This document shows, piece by piece, positions 52,701-64,000 of a DNA stretch of 64,000 nucleotides. How positions within the stretch are numbered: the stretch's first letter is position 1; each line of letters opens with the position of its first letter. The position numbers and the translations under genes were made by a program. The DNA comes from Octopus sinensis (lineage: Eukaryota), in contig NC_043000.1 in NCBI RefSeq assembly GCF_006345805.1, positions 13,454,001 through 13,518,000 of the forward strand, read 5' to 3'. The notes below the pieces were generated by a model. It did no database searches, was not told the DNA's origin, and worked only from the letters and a program-made list of their open reading frames with translations.

Positions 52701-52999
52701 TTTTTACGTGCCACTGGCATGGGGGCCAGGCTAGGCTGGCAACAACCACGATCGGATGGTGCTTTTTACGTGCCACCTGCACAGGTGCCAGACGGAGCTG
52801 GCAAACGGCCACGAACTGATGGTGCTTTTGCGTGCCACCGGCACAGGGGCCAGGCGAGGCTGGCAATGGCCACGAACGGATGGTGCTTTTACGTGCCAGG
52901 CGAGGCTGGCAATGGACACGAATGGATGGTGATAATAATGATGATGATGATGGTGGTTAAATGATATTTATCTCTCATTGGATGGAGTACTTTCTTTGT

Positions 53000-53330
53000 T
53001 GATCTCACCAATAACAATACGGTTCATTATATATATACATATGTATGCGAAGAGTTGTAGATCAATATTTACAGGCAGGAAATTCTTAGAGGTCGCAGTC
53101 CTGCGAGTAAAGGACTGGGGAAAATTGTCCAATGTGGTGTCTGAAAGGTGAGACATATTAAAGATGATGGGATGGATGGGCATTTTGGTTGGCCAGAGGT
53201 AGAGAGGGTATACAGTTGGGTTAGTTCAAAGGAGCAGAAACCATTGCAGAAGCAAAAGGAGGTAATAAATAGAAGAAATCCTACATCTGTAAACCAAGGA
53301 TGGCAACATGAGGGACTAGCCTTAGGGATC
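53000..53330 (-). mobile_element. CR1-group/jockey-like LINE C-terminal remnant
   Basis: Fragments DVGFLLF...NGFCSFELTQL and TLDNFPQSFTRRTA...IDLQLF resemble the ASL.LFY...G.CS.EL and RT..Y.QSF.PRT..LWN motifs. Confidence 0.5.
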
Positions 53331-53650
53331 AACGCTGATTAAAGATGGGGATTGTATCTTAATAATATTAGTACATAATTACCAATTTCTTTTTATCTAA
53401 ATATCCTAGCCTGATAGGATATTTAATGACCGTGTGTGTGTGTATGCATGTGTATGTGTGGAGTGTGTGTGTGTGTGTGTCTGCCTATCTGTTTATCAAA
53501 TAGATGGTAATCTCTCTCTCTCTCTAAATCAGTTGTGTGAAGGGGCCAACAAGGAACTTTATATTATTGTCTTAGCTGTATTTTCACCACTAATCTTAGA
53601 ACAGCATGATGAGAGAAGAAAAGGTTTTATGGGGAAGACGTTATAAGAAA

Positions 53651-53683
<33 letters not shown>

Positions 53684-55852
53684 CAAGAGAGAGAGAGAGA
53701 GAGACACACACACACACATACACACACACATACACACACACACACAATATATATATCTATGCATTGTCATTTGAAAACAACAATAGCATGAAACTTGCAT
53801 TGTCAGATTAACATTCAGTCTCCATAAATGATACATACACACACATACAAAGACATACACCACATACACATCTCCATATACATATACACCCATACATTCA
53901 CATACACACACATGTACACCTATGGGTGTGTATATTTTACACACACACACACATATGCATGCACATATGTACACATACACACACATACGCAAAATATTGT
54001 AAATGTCCACTCCAAAGATGACGTTAATAGTACCAGACAGTTTTAATCTCATTAACAAACACTCATCTCAGACACTTCATCAGAATATATGAATTCTTCA
54101 AAAGTTGTATTCAAGAATGAATGAGAAGGAATGAGCTGGAGTTAGCAGTTATTATTAATTGCCCCTAAGTATTTTCTTTTTATGATTCTAGTTCCGTAGG
54201 GTAGTTCTAAATTGTTGGTGCTTAAATGTTCTGCGAGTTCCATAGAATTATACTTGTTAGCAATCAACATTTTCTTGGTTGGAATATTTCTCCCGGTGTT
54301 CATAGCCATGTGAGGCTGCATGGCAATCTCTATAGTGTTGGTGGCATGAGAAAGGCATCCAGTACACACTGTAAAGTGGTTGGCATTAGGAAGGGTATCC
54401 TGCTGTAGAAACTGTCGCAAAGCAGACGTTGGAACATGTTGCAGTCCTTAGACCCACTGGAACCTGTGAACCAGTCTAATTCATGCCAGCATGGGCCATG
54501 GATGTTAAATGATGATGATGGTAGCAGCAACAGTGATGACAATGATGACAAAGACATGGGTATTTCAAGAGGAGAAACTACTCTGAAGGCGGCGGGCTGG
54601 CAGAAACATTAGCATGCTGGGCGAAATGCTTAGCGGTATTTTGTCTGCTGTTACATTCTGAGTTCAAATTCCGCCGAGGTCAACTTTGCCTTTCATCCTT
54701 TCGGGGTCGATAAATTAAGTACCAGTTATGCATTGGGGTTGATGCAATTGACTTAATCCCTTTGTCTCTCCTTGTTTGTTCCCTCTATGTTTAGCCCCTT
54801 GCAGGCAATAAAGAAATAAGAAACTACACTGAAATGACATTTCAGTAGCTTCTAAGGTTTCCAGTAGTTTAATAGTACCTATTCTATTGGTCTCTTTTGC
54901 CAACGCAGGTAAGTTATGGGGATGTAAGCAAACCAACACAGGTTATTAAGTAGGGTAGGAACAAACACAAAAACACACATACACACACATGTATGTAGTA
55001 TATATAGATTTGATTAAAAATAAAATAAAGATAATCAAGATAATATTCTGTTAGTTCTGTAATAATTAATTGGATCACTTTAATTAAGATGAATGAAGTA
55101 AATGAATAAATGAATGGATTGAACCCGAAATCCTGAAATCTCATGGCTGCAAAACAAACTTCTCAGAGTACACAGCCATGCCTGCACCTATATGATTGTT
55201 TCAACTGTTTTAGCAACTCATTTCAACCTCACACAAATTTGTTTTTCCCTTTCACATAAAGTCACTAATTTAACTTATCGTTACTCTGTAACATTTTGTT
55301 CTAATTTAATATTATTAATATGTAAATATAATGCTTTACTAAGACTTTAATATATAATTATAATTTTGTGATCTTTTAATTTCTTAAGCCTCCCTTCTTT
55401 AACAATCCTAATATTTACTACATTTTTCATAATCCTTAACCCTTTTAACTTTTCTGATCCATTCTTCCCTATATTTTTCTATCTCAACATTTATTTTACT
55501 ATTGCCCTAATCATATGCATAGATTCCTATTACTAATTTTAATTAATCAACTTTTTAATTATTTAATCATTTAATAATTCAATTATTGTATTATTTAATA
55601 ACCTAAAGGTGTTAGCATGCTAGACATAATGATTAGTGGCAATTTTTCCAGTTTTATGTTCGGAGTTTTAATACTACCAGTATCATTCTGCCTTTCATAC
55701 TTTCAAGGTTGATATAATAAGTACCAGTCAAATGCTAGGGTTGATATATTAGATTTAGCCCCTCCCTTAAAAACTGCTGGCCTTGTGCCAAAATTAGAAA
55801 GGATTATTTAATAGCCTATATTTTGTATGAACTTACAAATGTTATCTCCTTT

Positions 55853-56084
55853 TTAACCCTTTAACTGTGAAATCAAATTTCATGGTTATTCTAGAAATGA
55901 TGTTAAATATCTACCAAAAAATAGAATTAACCTTTTCTGCTAGTCATGTTGCCTCAGTAAACTTGACATATCCCAACAGAAAATAATTTCAAATATGGCA
56001 TATCTCAACAAGAGATAGATTGGTATATAAAACTGCTCTCTACAATTGAGCAGATATATCTAATTTTCACAGTGAAAAGGTTTA
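55853..56084. mobile_element. Degenerate piggyBac-like MITE
   Basis: TTAACCCTTTAACTGTGAAAT ... ATTTTCACAGTGAAAAGGTTTA imperfect TIRs with TTAA-like ends. Confidence 0.5.
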
Positions 56085-56496
56085 GTTTTGTAATAAGTTT
56101 ATCATATATTATCATACATTAATATATCATATATTATCATACATTAGAATTACATTTTAATTCTTTAAAGGTGGTGAATTGACAGAGTCATAAATGTGTT
56201 GAAGGCCAATCTCAAGACACTGAGCCTTACAAAGGAGATGACTAAGGACCATCATGTTGTCTCACTGGTTAGTCCACATTAGGAGCATTGAATAGATTTC
56301 CCAGTTTCTCTGTCATATATACTCCCTCCTGGATTGGATGCCAGTCCATCACAGCGTTACTCATTTTTACCAAATGAGTGGACTGGAGCAACATGAAATG
56401 AAGTGTTTTGCTCAAGGACATAATACATCACCCAGTCCAGGAATCAAAACCACAATCTTACAACCATGAGTCCAACACCATAACCACTAAGCCATG

Positions 56497-57003
56497 CACC
56501 TCTACTTTACTCAAGGTAAATTTACTTTGAGGTAAATTTAATTTGAGGTAAGGCTACCTCTACTTTACTTGAGGTAAATTTACTTTGAGGTAAATTTAAT
56601 TTGAGGTAAGGCTACCTCTACATTACTTGAGGTAAATTTAATTTGAGGTAAGGCTACCTCAACTTTACTTGAGGTAAATTTGCATTGAGGTAAATTTAAT
56701 TTGAGGTAAGGCTACCTCTTCTTTACTTGAGGTAAATTTACTTTGAGGTAAATTTAATTTGAGGTAAGGCTACCTCTACTTTACTTGAGGTAAATTTACA
56801 TTGAGGTAAGGCTACCTCTACTTTACTTGAGGTAAATTTACATTGAGGTAAGGCTACCTCTACTTTACTTGAGGTAAATTTACATTGAGGTAAGGCTACC
56901 TCTACTTTACTTGAGGTAAATTTACATTGAGGTAAGGCTACCTCTACTTTACTTGAGGTAAATTTACATTGAGGTAAGGCTACCTCTATTTTACTTGAGG
57001 TAA
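56497..57003. repeat. Minisatellite of 42/58-bp units built from a ~16-bp subunit
   Basis: Unit TACCTCTACTTTACTTGAGGTAAATTTACATTGAGGTAAGGC, with optional extra TTGAGGTAAATTTA(A/C) modules; about 10 units. Confidence 0.92.
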
Positions 57004-57360
57004 ACTCTCTCTATTCCCCACATCCTCCTCATTTAACAACCTCCCATACTAACATTCACAGTAACACTCCGATGCCTCTCTCTCTTCTCAATGTTCATGA
57101 GGGTGAAGTGGGTGATGCCATGACTCTCTTTACTCTTTTACTCTTTTACTTGTTTCAGTCATTTGACTGCGGCCATGCTGGAGCACCGCCTTTAATCAAG
57201 CAACTCGACCCCAGGACTTATTCTTTTTGTAAGCCCAGTACTTATTCTATCGGTCTCTTTTGCCGAACCGCTAAGTAAGTAACGGGGACATAAACACGCC
57301 AGCATTGGTTGTCAAGCAATGCTAGGGGGGACAAACATAGACACACAAACACACACAGGC

Positions 57361-57391
<31 letters not shown>

Positions 57392-58928
57392 TACGACGAG
57401 CTTCTTTCAGTTTCCGTCTACCAAATCCACTCGCAAGGCTTTGGTCAGCCCGAGGCTATAGCAGAAGACACTTGCCCAAGGTGCCATGCAGTGGGACTGA
57501 ACCCGGAACCATGTAGTTGGTAAACAAGCTACTTACCACACAGGCACTCCTGCGCCTTACCACACAGCAACCCTGTGCACAATTCTTACCAAACTTATCC
57601 TCACTTACACTGATACAGTATTTTACAGTCTTGAACAAAACACCACTCAGATCATCATGTCTCACAGAACGTATTAGCAATCATTTTACTTTCATCTTTT
57701 TTTCTTGCTAACTATACCTGATGTTTAGTTTCTCTTCTGGATACATCATTTTGTTCTGTGTTCCCTATTTTCTTCTATTCTTATTCTTTCCTGGCTTAGC
57801 TCTTAGCTTTTAAGGCTTATCAAGACTGCATGCATATGTATGTGTGTGGGCGCATGCGTTATATATAAATGCACATGCACACACACGTTTTAAGTTTTCG
57901 CTTATAGAAATGATTATTTTATTATATACATACATACACACACATACATACATACGTACATACATACATACATACATACATACATACATACACACACCAC
58001 ATACATAATGCATCAATCATCCTCTCTCTATTCAATAACTGCTCATCTAAATTCACCAGCTTTTGCACATTCTTACCAAACAAATTATTCAAAATGCACA
58101 AAGAAAAGTGTTTCTCATGTTTTTTTGTGGATATTTATAAAGATAAATGCATACTCACATATACAAATATACATGTATGATAGCGTGTGTTCAGCTAAAG
58201 AAGATACAATTCAAAGAAAGTCCTCAAGATTATTACCATTTTAATAACAGAAACTGTGTAGCAGAGGAGAAAGTAAAAAACTAGTTTGTTAACAAGGAAA
58301 CATATGGATACAACTACCAGTGCTTCAGAAGATGCACAGGAATCATAGGCATGCACAGGAATCATAGGCTTGCTTTCCAACTACATGGTTCCAGGTTCGG
58401 TCCCACTGTGTAGCACCTTGGGTAAGTGTTTTCTACCATAGCTTCAGGTCAACCGAAGCCTTGTGAGTGGATTTGGTAGATGAATACTGAAAGACGATGT
58501 CGTGCCAGTGACATATAAAAGGCACCCATGCTGGCAACAGGTAAGAGGCATCCCTTATACTCTGTAGAGTGGCTGGAGCTAGAAAGGGCATCCAACTGTA
58601 GAAGCCAAGCCAAAACAAACTGGAGCCTGGTGCAGCTCTCCAGATTACTGGCTCCAGTCAAACCCTCTTACCCATGCTAGCATGGAAAACATTTGCGGCA
58701 CCTGCCAAAGGGAGTGTTTGTCCAGGATAGGACTACACAGCCACAGCAGGAGATGTATTAGGACATGAAATGTAAAAGCCAGACTAGATTATTTTATGTG
58801 CAACTCCATTGTCTCCCGAGACAAAAAGGATGCCAACAACAACAACAATACACACACACATACATACATACATACATACATGCATGCATGCATGCATGCA
58901 TACATACATACATACATACATACATACA

Positions 58929-58962
<34 letters not shown>

Positions 58963-60639
58963 CATGTGTGTGTGGTGTGTGTGTGTGTGTAGTAGAATAA
59001 CAAATAGAAAGTCCTTAGTACAGAATTATATACTTGAAAAAACAAACAGAAACAGTTTTTCTGATAATTTTTTCAGTTTAATAATTAGATGTTTATAAAT
59101 TATTTAATGTTTACAAATGGTGTCTGTTGTGAGTTTCTCGGTTAAAAGCAGTATTCAAACTGATATTTTAGAGTTTGTTATCCACTGGTGTTGGTTTGTT
59201 TACATTTACTTACGTCCTTGTAACTAAGTGGTTCAGCAAAAGGGACTGATAGAATAGGTACCAGGCTTAAAAGGAAAATAAGTACTGGGGTCGATTCATT
59301 TGACTAAAATGTCTTCAAGGCTGTGCTCCAACATAGCCACGGTCTAATAAATGAAACAAATAAGAGATAAAGGATCAGAGATTTAGTCTATCCTAACAGT
59401 TTGGTAGGCATTAATGGACTCTTTTGTCATGGACAACATATGGGAGTTCTACAATTTCTTGCTGAATACCCTGCACAGGTGATTTGTTTATAGTGATCAA
59501 ATGTTTGTGCTGGGCATCAGTTCACTCCCTCCATCAAATTGGCATTGCCTTCCCAGGTGTATAATGTACACATACAGTGTTGGTGCCATATAAAAAGCAT
59601 CCAGTCAACACTGTAAAGTGGTTGGTGTTTGCAAGGGCATCCAACTGTAAAAACCATGACAAAACTGACCTTCTCTGCGCTTGTGCCACGTAAAAAGCAC
59701 TCAGTCCCTTCTTTCTTTAATATGTTTGCTCAAACAGGGCCAATACAAGCTAAACAGAGATGGACAGAGCACCAATAAATCATCATCATCATCATTTAAC
59801 GTCTGTTTTCCATGCTAGCCTGAGTTAGATGGTTCGATCGGGGATCTGGGAAGCCAGGAGGCTGCACCAGGCTCCAGTTTGATCTGACAGTGTTTCTACA
59901 GCTGGATGCCCTTCCTAATGCCAACCACCCTGTGAGTGTAGTGCGTGCTTTTTACATGCCACCGGCACAAGTGCCAGGGGAGGCTGGCAATGGCCATGAT
60001 CAGTTAGTGCATTTTACGTGCCACCGGCACAGGTACCACAACTACAATTTCCATTTGATTTTTTTTATGTGGATGTACTTGACTCAATAGGTCTCCTCAA
60101 GCACAGCAGGTCGCCCAAGGACACCTATTGAGTCAAAAATAAATAATTTTGATTCAAACAATAGTAACAGTGATATTCGGATTTATACTATTCATTATGG
60201 CACATAGATAAGTCCTCTTCTATAAAACACAATAAAAGTTTATTTATATATCATATCTAAAAATAAAATATATAGAATGCATTTAAGCCCAAGGAGCTAT
60301 CAACTTTGATTATTTTATAAATAAAAGTTAAACATATTGTTCTGTGCAATAAATTAGATTTCCAACTTAATGGGTTGTTATTTATTATTCACTGCAAGTG
60401 TTTGAAGTGCCACAATATTGCCTTAGATGGCCTAGCTGGAGAAAGGTAATAAGGTTTTCAGACAAAGTTACTTGTGACAATTGACAACAATCCTATTTAG
60501 AAAATTGTTTACCCCACCTCTCTCGCTCTCTCTCTCTCATTAACAGAAACAATAAGCAATATCCTTATAAATCCATGGAACTCATAAAGATTAATCCTGT
60601 TCACAATGAGGGGCTTTAATGTAAAATTGAGTGATCATC

Positions 60640-60880
60640 TCATCATCATCATCATCATCATCATCGTCATCATCATCATTGTCGTCGTTATCATTGTCAT
60701 CATTACTGTCATCGTCATCATTATCATTATTGTCATCATTATCATTATTGTCATCATCAACATCATCGTCATCATCATCATCATCACCATTGGCATCCTC
60801 ATCATCATCATCACCATTGGCATCCTCATTATCCTCATCATCATCATCATCATCATCTTTGTCATTATCATCATCATCTT
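60640..60880. repeat. Degenerate (TCA)n microsatellite
   Basis: Triplet run; poly-D/S/I/M ORFs are artefacts. Confidence 0.9.
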
Positions 60881-61243
60881 CACTGTCAATGGTTAGATGG
60901 GTCAGACAGAATTTATCAAACCAGATTTTTCTATGGCTGGATGTCCTTCCTGTCACCAACCCATCACCTGTTTCCAATGGAAGACTGGAAACGAAGAATT
61001 TCACTTTTATGATGATGATGATGATGATGATGATAATACTGATTTACCACCATCAATATTAATCTACATGTACAGGTGTAATTTGTTAAAATCATTAACG
61101 TTTCAGCAACATTCAACAGGCTATTCCTGCCTTTATTCAATTAGTCTTCACACCTTCACAAACAGTCATGACTCCTTTCTTACATTTTAAGAAGTGAACA
61201 TATCATCTCCCCCAATGTCCCCTTTCCCTACCAGTGCACAAGC

Positions 61244-61409
61244 CACTAGTGTAGCTAGTGGGGGACAGTAGGGGCAATCAACCTTGGGTGACACTTTTAA
61301 AGGAGCAGTACTTTCGGGTCTACTGTAGGCAGTATATGTTTTTTGTGGAGTCCGGGGGCAGCAAACAGAAGGGCCACCCTGGGCAGTACAAACCCTACCT
61401 ACACTAGTG
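61244..61409. mobile_element. hAT-like MITE
   Basis: TIR CACTAGTGTAG/CTACACTAGTG; flanking 8-mers GCACAAGC and ACACAAGT (6/8 match). Confidence 0.6.
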
Positions 61410-61849
61410 ACACAAGTTTTTTTTTTTATATCAATCACTCTTTCTCCAGTCATGCTATATGTTCATGCTCACCTATATACATCAGCTGATACTTTTAATA
61501 CCCAACCACTCTCTCAGCTCCCACTACAAGGCCCTTGATGCCTTGTTTTGGTTTGGTGGCTTGTGTGCCTCAATGACAGTGAAAGCTATAGGTAAAGGTA
61601 GAGTTACCTTCTCAAGTTATGCTTACGTATAAGGGCCAATTTCATAAGTTTTCATAGCATATAAACTCCCCACCTGAACAAGATTCCAGTCTGTCACAGA
61701 GTCACTCATTTTTGCCATCTGAGTGGACTGGAGCAACATGAAATGAAGTGTTTTGCTCAAGAACACAATGTGTTGCTTGGTCCAGGAATCAAAATCAAAA
61801 TCTTACACTCATGAGTCCAATATTATAACCACTAAACCACACACCTCCA

Positions 61850-62060
61850 CTAGTGAGAGCTATGCCAGCAAAACGCAAGTTCCCAGTAGGTCTTCCCATG
61901 CTGGACAGGTCAAATGATAGGGGTCAGACTAATATGGACCACCTCTTCCCAGAGGTAAAAATGGTTGTGTAGGGTGAGTACGCCTACCAAGAAAGGGACA
62001 AAGTTACAGAAGCATCAATGACAATTCAAAACAAACAAGGTCTTCCTTCCCTCAAGGAAA
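61850..62060 (+). mobile_element. Possible RTE 5'-UTR remnant
   Basis: GAGAGCTATGCCAGC...GTCTTCCCATGCTGGACAGGTCAAATGATAGGGGTCAGACTAA resembles RTE 5' UTRs as I recall them; not verifiable here. Confidence 0.3.
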
Positions 62061-62931
62061 CACGAAAAATAGCTGGAGGTAAGGAATACTGAGAAAGAAC
62101 TGAATCAACAGGGATTCAGGGGGAGAGAAGCAGAAAGGAGCCCAGGGTCAAGAATAGAGAAGTGTCATTGAAGGCTTATGCACCATAGGGAGTGAATGGG
62201 CTTGAGAGAGAGAGAGAGAGAGAGGGGAGACAGACAGACAGACAGAGAGACTTTCTCAGTTCACTATTGAGCCACATTTCATACATGTTAACATTACACA
62301 TCCAACAGATCATTCTCTGATACATTTGTCTCCAGCATCAACAGATCTTCTGAACAAACTATTTCATAAAACTTGCCTCTTTGGAAATAGAAAGAAACTC
62401 ACTGTTGGCAACAGAGGTAAAAGCTCTCTGAACCTGAACTTCTTCCACCTTTTCTTACTCTAATGACTAAAATTTCTTTGCAACTACCCAGCCTTAAACC
62501 TGTTACTTAGGCAAGAGAAAATTTCTCCCACTTCAGTGAACCATATAAGCAACTTAAAGACAATTTCATGGGTGTCTTTCTAATGATTACTTCTGAATAA
62601 ATTCTAGGAACTCTAGTTCTTTTGTCAATCTATCAAAACTCCTTTTAGAACTTTGTAAATCAATGGTATAAAGTCTATGGCCATACTCAGCTCTTGTTTT
62701 GTTTTGTTTCTTAATTTTTAACCATTTTTACAAAAACACTACTTATCTTACATTACCCATAGATATCACACTTCCAACATATACATCAGATAGCTTTTTT
62801 TTTTAGTAAGAGTAACAATTCTTAAACTGGTCCCACCTAGTCTTGCCAATAACACTATCACCCACCCATATAGTTTTGTCACTTCTTACACAGGTCCATA
62901 TAGTCTTGCTACCTCTTACAACCCTATACAG

Positions 62932-63057
62932 TAGTGGTTCTCAAACTTTGTACCGTTGCATAACCCTTAAAATGAATTATGTCTCAAGGAACCGCTGCAC
63001 CAAAAAAAATATACTATATCTTTCTCATATTTTTTCATTGTAGTTCACAAGGTAAAT

Positions 63058-63094
<37 letters not shown>

Positions 63095-63283
63095 GTTATA
63101 TCTTTTTGATAACAATAGATTAGACAGGATGATGTCTATATTACAATAACCAATATGTTGCACATGTATAGTGATATTACGATCATGAAATTAGCATTAG
63201 CTTATCACACTCTTTCCCATGGAACCCCTAGGAATCTTTTGCAGAACCCTAGGGTTCTGGGGAACCCCGATTGAGAAATGCTG
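62932..63283. mobile_element. hAT (Charlie-type) MITE with internal (TA)n
   Basis: TAGTGGTTCTCAA ... TTGAGAAATGCTG TIRs; 8-bp TSD CTATACAG/CTATGCAG (7/8). Confidence 0.75.
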
Positions 63284-64000
63284 CTATGCAGTCATGCAAA
63301 TAAAGGTAATACTTTCTACTCAAGCCTCATATAGTTTTCACAATAAAGGTAACAATTCTCTTATCGATTGTCACCTGTACTTTACCTTCTATACTGTTAA
63401 TAATTATCTCCAAAGCATGAAATATGGAATAAAAGAGGCTGCAGGACATAGCAAGCAAATCACTTATATCATACCATATAATCTTAAATAAAAAAAAAGG
63501 TATGTTAAATAATGCAGTCCTTGATGCACATTGCCTTATCAGAGAGAAAACACACATCATGGTTATCTGCAGAATAAAATATATTTGATCATAATCGTAA
63601 TTCTCATCAGTCATGGTTCATTTTGGGACTAAACAACAACAACAAACAATAGTAGAACTTCTTACCCATGACTCATTTAGTAAGTGCTGACAATAAAGGT
63701 AAATGTACTTTTGTCTCCTACCTGTATATTACATGTTACACTGTTGTCAGTTATTTCTGTACCATCAAACATAGGTTTGATGGTTCTGAAAATATACTTA
63801 TAAATTATAGAAACATGTTTTATTAAAATAACTGGACATCTTCTGTGATGTTAAGCAAAACACAGCCACATACTGGAAAAGGTATATTTTATAATTTTTT
63901 TATATTTAGGTTTTACTGAGGTGAGTAGAGTACTACATTCACATTTGTCCCAGGAAACAATCTGCTTGTGTAAACAACAGGGTTTGAACATGAAAAAAAA

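Noticed and set aside
56497-57003. Possible CRISPR array
   Set aside because: Contiguous tandem units without unique spacers; eukaryotic context.
60079-60139. 19-bp inverted repeat resembling a terminator or pre-miRNA
   Set aside because: Sits at the truncated end of a repeat; best explained by a template-switch inversion.
63666-63721. Minus-strand exon candidate ending ATGG|GTAAGA (HLLNESW)
   Set aside because: Ambiguous acceptor, and its phase does not match the 32257-32316 exon; cannot be supported without RNA data.

Overview
Repeat-dominated, AT-rich eukaryotic (animal) DNA. The SINE, LINE-tail and microsatellite families match those I recognise from octopus (coleoid cephalopod) genomes; this taxon call is an inference. 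It looks like intronic or intergenic sequence. I found no intact cellular gene, rRNA, tRNA or CRISPR array, and almost all ORFs in the supplied track are translations of microsatellites or transposon debris. Well-supported content: (1) a young, 5'-truncated RTE-clade LINE (APE, RT and an inserted PHD-type C4HC3 finger, 22207-25735) whose only lesions are three 1-nt homopolymer deletions, plus two near-identical sibling 3' ends; (2) a full-length decayed mariner (29450-30739); (3) R4/Dong-like RLE-LINE 3' ends and a ~560-bp non-tRNA element, all sitting in (TAA)n tracts, inside a ~1.59-kb tandem duplication; (4) decayed Ingi/Vingi-like and CR1-group LINE remnants; (5) several MITE families and dozens of tRNA-derived SINEs; (6) one plausible 60-nt host exon on the minus strand. 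The most notable signal is absent from the ORF track: at least eight type-I hammerhead-ribozyme motifs from about six unrelated Penelope-pLTR-like families between 26.4 and 47.2 kb. They include an apparently intact hammerhead with a long structured stem II (43509-43579, minus) and a 244-bp fold-back centred on a hammerhead. Coordinates were read by eye and may be off by a few bases at element edges.
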